Shown in pieces: positions 13,141-22,273 of a stretch of DNA of 64,000 bases; position 1 is the stretch's first letter; each line of letters opens with the position of its first letter. Source of the DNA: Callorhinchus milii (taxonomy: Eukaryota); assembly GCF_018977255.1 (NCBI RefSeq), contig NW_024704743.1, positions 89,716,001 to 89,780,000 on the forward strand, given 5' to 3'. A model generated the notes under the pieces. It saw nothing but the letters and a program-made list of their open reading frames with translations, was not told where the DNA came from and searched no databases. A program made the position numbers and the translations under genes.

Positions 13141-13594
13141 CTAGCACACACTTATGAAGTGTTGCCTTTTTTTTAAAAAAAAGGGCTTTTTCAGGAACTG
13201 GATCTGCTAACACAAACCTCCATAAACTGGCAACTGCACCTCCTTCCAACACAGCCCCAGCTGCTGCTGACTCTTGCCGACAGATCAGTCATATCCTGTC
13301 TGCAGGGCAATCACTTCTGTAACCTGGGCTTCAGCTCAGCAGAACCAGGGAGAGGAATTAAGCAGAAAGAAACCTCCCTGTGCCTTTGATGGGTGTACTC
13401 CAGAAATTGGCCAAATTGGCCAGGAAGTTCGCACAGTAACACAGCGCAGTAAACAGAAGTTACGAGCGTTAGAAATCTGCATTTGGTCCGATGCAAAATC
13501 ACTTGAACCCCAGCAGCGTCTCAAAGTGCAACAATATCTTTCCTCCGAAAGGCAAAGTACTGCAGATGCTGGAAAATATATATAATATCTTTCC

Positions 13595-13634
13595 ACCTCC
13601 TCCTCCTCCTCCTCCTGCTGCTGCTGCTGCTGCA
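13595..13634. repeat. Compound (CCT)n(GCT)n trinucleotide repeat in copine intron 1
   Basis: Seen directly. Confidence 0.9.
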
Positions 13635-13775
13635 GGAGGGTGCAGGCCAGGCAGAGCACTAAAATGGGGATGAGGATAAAACGCGATTGCAGTTTCCTGG
13701 GGTCGGATTAAACATTTGCAGAATAACCCCGTGAATCCCCTCTGCGGTGTGGTTACAAGTTATCCGAAAGCTTAC

Positions 13776-13940
13776 CGTTTCCAGTCGTGCTGTGCTCCCG
13801 GTGGCCTTGTCGCTGAGCTGCGTGTCAGCGCGCACTGCGATCCACACACAGACCAAACCCTTCGCACTGCGCGGACAGGCGGAGCCGCAGCAGAGCAGAG
13901 CCGAGCGCACGCAATCCACCCTGATCCGGGCCAATCAATT
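13776..13940 (-). promoter_or_regulatory. Probable non-coding first exon and CpG-rich promoter of the copine gene
   Basis: CpG-dense patch in AT-rich surroundings; consensus minus-strand donor ACG|GTAAG with the exon ending at 13776; NF-Y-type GGCCAATCA at 13929-13937; GGCGGA at 13878-13883. TSS not determinable from sequence. Confidence 0.65.
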
Positions 13941-13983
13941 AACCCTCTTTTTTTTGGAGACTAATACGGGAAAAGTGAGACTT

Positions 13984-13984
<1 letters not shown>

Positions 13985-14033
<49 letters not shown>

Positions 14034-14341
14034 CCTTGCATTTGATATAGCGCTTTTCACGTCGGGAGGACGTCCCAAAGCGCTTCACAGAGTACACTGT
14101 AAAGTGAATTGACTGTATATTTGTGGGCGAACGCGGCAGCCAATTGCGCACAGCAATGTCCCACAAACAGTCGTAGATTGAAAATGACCAATTTATTATT
14201 GTTTTTGGTTTTGGAGGGATTATTATTAGGCTCTGTGTGGAGTAAGGAAACTTGCCCAAGGTTTCGCCCTCTGCCTGGAATTGAACTCAGGTCTCTCGCT
14301 TGCAAAGCGAGTGCTCTAACCACTGAGCTACAGGACTCCAC
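13985..14341 (-). mobile_element. Full-length young tRNA-Ala SINE with long (TTA)n tail
   Basis: Intact head with anticodon arm CTCGC-TTTGCAA-GCGAG, unmutated CpGs, about 16 TTA units. Confidence 0.93.
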
Positions 14342-16438
14342 AAAAGAATGCTAAACAGAATGAAACTCCGACTGTACCCCCCCCCCCCTGCACTGAGGTG
14401 CATTGCATGTTGACTCCCCGCTCTCCTCAAGCCATTATTGTTAAGCGCCTTGGGATGTCCCCCTGACGCGAAAGGCGCTGTGTAATTGCATTGCCTATTA
14501 GATGACCAGGTAAGAAGTGACAGCGCGCAAAGGTTTCAGCTTCAGAGAGGAAGAGGCAGTAGTTTCAGAAGTGGCTGCGCCAGATTTGGTGATGTACCCA
14601 AGGTTGGTTTTGTGCCGTCCACGTTTGGGTGCATGGGGTTGTGATTTGAGGGAGCAGAGGGGGGGGGGGGGGGGGGAGTCCTGCTGGATCAGAGGGATGG
14701 TGAGCCCTGCATTGTGTCCATAATTGGTTAATCCTACAGATTAATGTCTTTTTTGTACTGTTGCTTTGTTTGCCTCCCTTGGAAAAATTGGTGGCTTCAG
14801 GACACTCAATGATAGCACTGCTTGTGCATTGTCTGCTGCATAGAGTAGGTTCTCATTCATATTTTCCGTAGCATCAAACGTAAGCCTGCAGTGCAAGTGC
14901 GGTCTTGAGCTCGCAGTCTAGGCTGATATTCCAATGGAGTAAAAATAATAATATTTAATAGACCTTACATTTGATATAGCACTTTATCACTTTGCCGAGA
15001 TGGCTCGAAAGGCTTCACAGAATTTTACTGTGAAGCATAGTGATTGTATCTGTAGGCGAACGCAACAGCCCATTTGCACACATCAATGACCCCAAACAGC
15101 AATGAAGTGAATGACCAAGTTTATTTAGGAGATTTTTATAATAGTAATCCTTACATTTGATATAGCGCCTTATCACGCCATCGAGACGTCTCAAAGCGCT
15201 TCACAGGATATACTGTAAAATGGAGTAATTGTGTATTTTGTGGGCAAAATGCGGCAGCCAGTGATGGAGTGAGTGACCAATTTTATTTGGGGGATTTGTT
15301 GGCCTCTGTGGAACATTGTTTCCAAATAGACTCAATGCAAGAATTCTCCCCATATTTGTGCAAATGTAAATTTTAAAGGCAGTGGTCCCAAAGAGGCAGT
15401 GTGTTCTAATGAGTGAGGCATTATATGTGGGCCTAAATGAAGGGCGACAATTGGGACAGGGATAGGGGGAGGGTTTTTGGTCAGAACACTGCTCTTTTTG
15501 ATGCTGTATAATTCTATGATTCTATGGTATTCTTTGAAGTGCTCTGAGACGTCTCGAAGACGTGATAAAGCTCTATATTAAATGCAAGGATTATCTTCTC
15601 CTTTTAATATCTCCATTCTGTTATGTTGTTGCAATTCAAAAATATTATCTCTCACAAATGTAAGTAGATCTCTCGCTCTCAAAAAGAACGTGCTTTCTTC
15701 CCAGCACAAGTATTTGGAACCCATTTCTTATACCCTGTTAGTGACACCGCTCTCACTATAGATGCTTTAAAATCACTAAAATAGACATGGTTCCACCTCT
15801 GTGAGATTGTAGGTGTGAATGTTGACAGTACGAACAATTAGATCCTTCATGAGAACAATATGCAAAGTTACTTTAAGCCACTGAGATGTAAACTGACTTG
15901 AAACCCAAGCTGAAATGTATTCAACTGCTCGGTCACCCCCATCCTGTTATTTTATTTGGAGACATGGATATACCAAGAGTTGCCACAATATTCAAGAAAG
16001 AAATCGTAACAATAATAATCCGTGCATTTGATATAGCGCTTTTCACGTCTTCGAGATGTCTCAAAGCACTTCACAGAATATACTCTAAAGTGAATTGACT
16101 GTATATTGTGGGCAAAATGTGGCAGGCAATTGCACACAGCAGTATCCCACAAACAGTTGTTGATTGAGTGACCAAATTATTATTTTTTTAAAGGATTATT
16201 ATCCCCGGAAAAGCAATCTGCCAATCAACTAACAACTGGGTTCCTACTTACTGCAAGGTAAACAGAGGCGTGGAGAATAAGCAAATTTGCCCATCATTTC
16301 CAACATTTCAATACAGAAACAATGTGATAAATATGAAAGTAGCAAGATTATATAAATTATGAAACATTTTACCATTAGAATAGATTGATTGTACTACAGC
16401 AGTGAATTTCCAAAGCCATATCACTAGTCACAATCATC

Positions 16439-16740
16439 GTGGAGTCCTGTAGCTCAGTGGTTAGAGCACTTGCTTTGCAAGTGAGAGACCTGGGTTCAAT
16501 TCCCGGCAGAGTGAAATCTTGGGCAAGTTTCCGCACTCCACATGATAATCCCTCAAAAAAATAATAAATTGGTCATTTCAATCCATGACTGTTTATGGGA
16601 CATTGCTGTGCGCAATTGGCTGCCGCAGTTCACCCACAAATATACAGTCAATTCACTTTACAGGCTATTCTGTGAAGCGCTTTGAGACGTCTAGAAGACT
16701 TGAAAAGCACTATAACAAAGGCAAGGATTGTTATTATTAT
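16439..16740 (+). mobile_element. tRNA-Ala SINE (older tail variant, loop TAGAA)
   Basis: Same head and core; tail TTTGAGACGTCTAGAAGACTTGAAAAGC. Confidence 0.88.
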
Positions 16741-17274
16741 CGTCGGCACTCCTTGGTTCAAAGACAAACTAAGTAAACAAAAGAAGTATGCAAGAGGAAA
16801 TAAATGGTAACTAGAAACAACTCACTGCATGTGAAAAGGTAATAAATGGTTGATGTGTTTGCTAAAGGGGACTTTGGAATGAATGGGAACAATGAGATTC
16901 AAAAATGCGGTCTTCACAGTTAACCAGATGTACGTCACTGACCGTCAAGAACTTTGCTCTGAAACCTTCTAGTTGGAGTGCATCAGAGTAGTGTCGGTTG
17001 CCAGTAACAACTCAGCGAAGACCAGCTTTTCTGAGGCTTCATCTGTACGTAATATTCAAATGGTTTGGAATTTGTTCTTATCCTTGGCAAGTTTCAGATG
17101 TGCGATGAGCTTGAACAGATAAATTGCTATTCGCCATTGTTCACATCACTTAAAATGTGGTGTTTTACTATTTAACTCTGTCTACAAATATCTCTTAATT
17201 GAGCACGTAGCAGGGAATCGTCTTACCTCTTTACTTCACTATTGTCTTTAAACCCCCAAACTTGAAAAAAAAAG

Positions 17275-17395
17275 GGTCAGGCAGCATCTATGGAGCATCT
17301 TTTTCTCCATAGATGCTGCCTGACTTGCCAAGTGTTCCCAGCAACTTCTGTTTTTGTTTCAGATTTCCAGCATCTGCAGTATTTTGTGTTTTGTT
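17275..17395. mobile_element. Penelope-like-derived palindromic repeat (internally deleted)
   Basis: GTCAGGCAGCATCTATGGAG...CTCCATAGATGCTGCCTGAC inverted arms; same family as 28135-28368. Confidence 0.65.
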
Positions 17396-17741
17396 TAAAA
17401 AAATGTGTTTCCAGTTAGGTTTCTCCCCATTGGCATATATCATTGCTCCTGGTCCCCAACCTCTTCTTGCTGGGGCATGGTTCCATGGGTGCTGGTTGCT
17501 CTCTGGTAGCCTTCTAGTCATTGTTCATGTTGAGCCTTGTCTTAGTCAAGGGAAAGCCAGGGCTAGTTTAGCCCCAGCAAACTCAGCATCAGAATTTGAA
17601 TCAGTGAGCTTCAGGTAATCAAGGTAGCTATCGCTCATTTCCTATTTAATTAGTACCTTCAATTTGAACATCTTATCTCTGAAATACAATAATAGTCCTT
17701 GCATTTGATATAGCATTTTAACATGCCGTTGACACGTCTCA

Positions 17742-17914
17742 CCCACCTCAAGACCCTCCTCTTCGACCGTGCTTTCGATCTCCCTGCTTCATCGCCTGCC
17801 CTTCAACCTCCCCCACCCCAACCATCAGCTCGGGTCCGTAACCCTGTCTGTCCAGCATCTTGGGACACCCTCCCGACATGGAAGGCGATAAACAAATGTA
17901 ATTTTGTTGTTGTT
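17742..17914 (+). mobile_element. Short L2 3' end inserted into a minus-strand SINE tail with a 6-bp TSD
   Basis: GTCTCA at 17736-17741 and 17915-17920 flanks the insert; the SINE sequence resumes after it. Confidence 0.8.
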
Positions 17915-18285
17915 GTCTCAAAGCATTTCACAGCATATACTGTAAAATGAACTGACTGTATATTTTGTGGGCGAAACTTGGCAGTCAATTGCTCACAGCA
18001 GTGTTTCACAAGGGGTAAATGTAGAGGATTGTAAAGGTACAATGTGATAAATCATCACCATGCCCAAATGGAGACTTTGGACACAATCAGGAAATGCTTG
18101 TCTGTACCCAGGAGAATGCAGATTTCACTCTTCTTCACCAGATCACAGCTGGAAAGTAAATATTAAACAAAAACATTACGTTAAAAGCTGTTTCAATGGC
18201 TACAATTTAAATTAAAAAGGCACTTCAAACTCAAAATGGTGGAGATTGATTAATTTGTTACAGTAGAAATAACGCCAGGATTGGG

Positions 18286-18304
18286 GTGCTGCCCTCTTGT
18301 GGTC
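18286..18304 (-). promoter_or_regulatory. Candidate CTCF site
   Basis: Reverse complement GACCACAAGAGGGCAGCAC fits the CTCF core CCACnAGRkGGCRS; judged by eye, not scored. Confidence 0.55.
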
Positions 18305-18519
18305 TTTTAATGCTAAATACCAAATTAACATAAATTCTGCCAATGTGATGACTTGAAGGAACTTAATAATCCTTGCATTTATCAGGCAGAACTAATTATC
18401 ACAAAGATACTTAGAAACCTGTAAATTGTACCCACCTATTAAAGCAGGTTGCATCATGTAGGTGGGTATTAGAATCACTGACAGAAAAGGCACATTATCT
18501 AATGATTGACAATGGTGAA

Positions 18520-18890
18520 TAATTAAACATATAATTAAGTAAGATAAAGTAATAAGTCATCTCAGAGAATAATTAAGAGCAGGCAGCATGGATTTACAAA
18601 AGGAAGGTCATGCTTGACCATTCTTATCAAATTCTTTGAAGACATGAACAGATGAAGTAGACAAGTTCAGTGAACGTAGTATATTTGGATTTCCAAGGCC
18701 TTTGATAAATTGCTGAAGAGAGACTCGTGTCCAAAATCAGGACACGTGGAGTCATGAGAGAGGTGACAGAATGAATTAAAGAATGGTTAGAAAAGCAAAG
18801 GATAGGAGTTAAGGCATTTTCTCAGGCTCACAAGAGGTAAGAAATTGTGCTCTGCAGGGATTTGTGTCAGGACTGCTACTGTTCACCATA
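18520..18890 (+). mobile_element. Degenerate CR1 RT fragment
   Basis: CAGCATGGATTTACAAAAGGAAGGTCATGCTTGACC = QHGFTKGRSCLT, followed by a VYLDFQ-like motif. Confidence 0.8.
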
Positions 18891-18901
18891 TACACTATAT
18901 A

Positions 18902-19045
18902 CAGTAAGCTCCAGATAACTCGACACTGGCTTACTCGCCACTATCACTTAACTAGGCATGTTGTCAAAATCCTGCTTCCCATATAAACTGTTAATAAAGG
19001 ACATCACTTTACTTGTCACTCCGATTAACATGTAACTCGTCACAC
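18902..19045 (+). mobile_element. Tigger/pogo-like transposon end (one TIR)
   Basis: TA|CAGTAAGCTCCAGATAACTCGACAC with repeated ACTCGnCAC subterminal motifs; no partner end found. Confidence 0.5.
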
Positions 19046-19561
19046 TTGAAAGGGTGGGGGTACATGGCTGACGGCGATAGGGGAAGGGGGCAGTGCAGCG
19101 TTTGCTAAAAGGAGGAGGCGCGCGGAGGAGGGAGGCTTGAGAAGATCAGAGAGATAGATATCTGTTGAGAGCCAGTGGACCCCGGCGAGGGCAGGAGTTT
19201 TGGGGGTATGAAGTTTTGTGAGGCGGGAGGTAGAGGATGAGCTCGTGCTTGTGGATGGTGGAGATGCTGTAATGTGAGAATTTGACTCTGGTAGTGATGA
19301 GGGCACGAATGAGGATTTCGCCAACGTTGTGGGTGAGGCAGAGGGAGGGCTATTGGAGTATGAAGAAATTCAACCTCCGCCCAAGAGTCCATGTTCAGTT
19401 TCCCCCCCCCCCCCCCACAGGACATCCCCAATACAGACCCCATCTACCATCTCCTTTTCCCAGAGACCCTACTCCCTCCCCCAACCCAGACATTCCTTAC
19501 CCTTTTCTGACTGTTTATCCCCCCCAGACCTCAAACCCCTCTTTCTGACTGCTTATCCTGC

Positions 19562-19897
19562 GCCCCCAAGACCCCGCACACCAGACCCCGCACACCCACT
19601 CCTCCCCCCCCGATCCCGCACACCCACTCCCCCCCCCCCGACCCCGCACACCCACTCCCCCCCCCCCCGACCCGCACACCACTCCCCCCCCCGACCCCGC
19701 ACACCCACTCCCCCCCCCCCCCCCCCCCCCCCCGACCCGCACACCCACTCCCCCCCCCCCCCCCCCCCCCCGACCCCGCATACCCACTCCCCCCCACCGA
19801 CACCGCACACCCCCCCCCCCCGACCCCGCACCCCCCCCCCCGACCCCGCACCCCCCCCCCGACCCCGCACACCCCCCCCGACCCCGCACACCCACTC
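19562..19897. repeat. C-rich minisatellite, unit about CCGACCCCGCACACCCACTC(C)n, about 13 copies
   Basis: Seen directly; variable poly-C tracts; G-rich on the minus strand. Confidence 0.92.
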
Positions 19898-19899
19898 CT

Positions 19900-20005
19900 T
19901 GTTTACCCGCCCACTGACCCCGCGTGTCCCATCCCTGTCCGCCCAGACCCCGCCTCCTCCTGACGTCACGCCGCGGGGAGCGGCGGTTGCTGTGGCGGCG
20001 CGCGG
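19900..20005 (+). promoter_or_regulatory. METTL18 proximal CpG-island promoter with a full palindromic CRE
   Basis: TGACGTCA at 19961-19968; GC boxes (CCGCCC) near 19907 and 19939; no TATA box; CpG island extends through the CDS. Confidence 0.65.
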
Positions 20006-21159
20006 ATGGAGTTTAAGTTTAATTTTGATGTCAGTAACGGTCGGAGCTCGGGAGCCGCTCGCGCTCCTCGGGACACCGCGGGTCTCGGCGACGGGCGGAG
20101 TGAGGCTGAGTCACTCGGAGGAGCTCGGGCTGTGTCGGTCTCGGCCGCGCAACCGCCTCCTCCTCCGTTTAAGGAGCACCGGCCTCCCGAGGAGCGGAGC
20201 GGCTACTGGAGAGGTCGGTGGTGGAGAGGCTGGAGCTGGAGGCGCTGCCCGGCCTGAGGCACGTCAGCTCGGCCACGGTGGAAATGGGCTTCGGGGAGCG
20301 GCAGGATGGCGACCGAGAGGCGGCCCCGGGCTCAGGCTCGGACCTGGTGAGCGGCGTGTACGAGGGCGGTATGAAGGTGTGGGAGTGCACGCTGGACCTG
20401 CTCAGCTACCTGGCCGGGCGGCGGGTGGACTTCACCGGCAAGCGGGTGCTGGACCTGGGCTGCGGGGCCGGTCTGCTGGGCCTCCTGGCGCTCAGGGCTG
20501 GAGCCCGCGAGGTGCACTTCCAGGACTATAACAGCGGCGTGATCGAGAGGGTGACCCTGCCCAACGCCCTGCTCAATTCGGGCACCGGCCCTTGGACACC
20601 CTCGGGGGGGGAGGAGGAGGAGGAGGAGGCCGAGCTAGCATCAGGGGACGCCGGCAAGGAGGAGGAGGAGGGGGAGGAGGAGGCCCGGGTACCCCCGGAG
20701 GAGGAAGGGGTTGAGCGGCCTCACAAGAGGAGGAAGGCGGGGGAGCGAGGCTCTGAACCCGGGACTCTCTCCAGGTGCAGGTTCTTCTCGGGGGAGTGGA
20801 GACAGTTCGGCCGTGAGATGCTCGCCCGCCTCGGCGGCGCTCTGAGGTACGACCTTATCCTGACCTCCGAGACAGTTTACAACCCCCAGTACTATGGCGC
20901 TTTACACGCCGTGCTGTCGGGGTTACTGGCCGACACGGGCACCGTTTATCTGGCCACCAAGAGCCATTACTTTGGGGTGGGCGGCGGCGCTCGCTTGTAC
21001 CAGAGCTTCGTGGAGGAGCGAAAGGTTTTCCACGCCAGAACCGTGCAAGTTATTGACGAGGGACTGCAGAGGTGCATCATTGAAATGACTTTCAGGCGAG
21101 ACACACGATCATCTGTCTGCCTGCAATCCTGTGCACAGTCAGATATAAAGTCCATGTAA
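20006..21159 (+). CDS. METTL18: Histidine protein methyltransferase 1 homolog (METTL18), single coding exon, with a 1-nt frameshift at about 20195-20197
   Basis: First frame MEFKFNF...FKEHRPPEE resembles human MTFQFNF...AKEHAMPKD. Second frame carries SDLVSGVYEGGMKVWEC, motif I VLDLGCGAG, HFQDYN, CRFFSGEW, YDLILTSETVYNP and KSHYFGVGGG, all METTL18 signatures; stop TAA at 21157-21159. Confidence 0.95.
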
Positions 21160-21429
21160 AGGAATGATTTTACGTTCAGCTCTTTAACGGCGGATATCCA
21201 GGATGTATTTTTGTTTCTTACTGATGGGGAATATAGGTCAATAATAATAATCCTTGCATTTGATATCTTTTATCACGTCGCTGAGATGCCTCAAAGCATT
21301 TCACAGAATATACCGTTCAGTAAATTGTCTATATTTTGTGGGTGAAATCTTAATTCTTTGTATTGAAGAGTAAACTGATTCACATGTTGATGCAGTTAGA
21401 ACTTTTTCTTGCATAGAATCCATCATACT

Positions 21430-22126
21430 CACCTTTCCACCCCACATCCCTTTCCATGACCCGCTCTGCTTTCCCTCATGTCAGCAACATTGACCGGCTC
21501 CGACACTGTCTCACAACGCAGGTCGCCGAAACCCTCATACACATGTTCGTTACATTGAGGCTTGACTATGCAAACTCCCTGCTTGTTGGCCTCCCCAACT
21601 CCTCCCTCCATAGGCTGCAGATCATCCAGAACTCTGCAGCCCGTGAGCTCTCCCGCACCAGGAACTGTGACCCTATCAACCGCACCCTCACCCGACTCCA
21701 CTGGCTTCCCATCACACAGAGGATACAGTTCAAGATCCTGGTCCTCACCTTCCAAGCCCTCCATGGTCTTGCTCCCACCTACCTCTGCAACCTCCTAGCC
21801 CCCTACCATCCTGCCCGTGCGGTCTGCTCAGTGGGCTTGGCCTGCTTCACGTCCCCCGAATCGCCCACCCCACCATTGGTGGGTGGGGTGGGGCCTTCTG
21901 CACTCTGCCCCCATCTCTGGAACTCCATTCCGCAGTCTCTCCATCTTCCTCCCATGCCTCCTTCAAGACCTATCTCAAGACCCTTCTCTTCGACCATGCT
22001 TTCGATCACCATGCTTCTCCACCCTCCCCAATCCCGACCCGCAGCTCGGATCTGAAACCTGACTGTCCAGCGTCTTGGGACGTCCTCCCGACATGAAAGG
22101 TGCTATACAAATGTAATGTTGTTGTT
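21430..22126 (+). mobile_element. L2 LINE 3' fragment
   Basis: ORF ETLIHMFVTLRLDYANSLLVGLP...LHWLPITQRIQFK; stem-loop and (TTG)n tail. Confidence 0.92.
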
Positions 22127-22134
22127 AAAAAAAA

Positions 22135-22273
22135 GTCTTAAAATTTACAATTGTGCAGAATTGTGGAAAATTCTTCAATTCGTCAATATATAAGAACTGC
22201 TGAAAAACAACTTTCAGATTCAGAATGCATTTAAGAATTTTCCACAATTCTGTGCAGTATAAAGTTTTCAGAC
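22135..22273. repeat. Inverted repeat / hairpin
   Basis: CAGAATTGTGGAAAATTCTT (22156-22175) is the exact reverse complement of AAGAATTTTCCACAATTCTG (22233-22252). Confidence 0.85.

Noticed and set aside
9921..13775. Nested RBM12-like gene in copine intron 1, as in human CPNE1
   Set aside because: No long or RRM-like ORF; the intron holds only repeat fragments and short ORFs.
20100..20173. Possible small GT-AG intron rescuing the METTL18 frame
   Set aside because: Splicing it would put the conserved KEH motif out of frame; homology places the break at 20195-20197, where no intron fits.
19329..20531. 400-aa proline-rich ORF and antisense Gly-rich ORFs
   Set aside because: Products of the C-rich minisatellite and a GC-rich, stop-poor off-frame reading of METTL18; no domain content.
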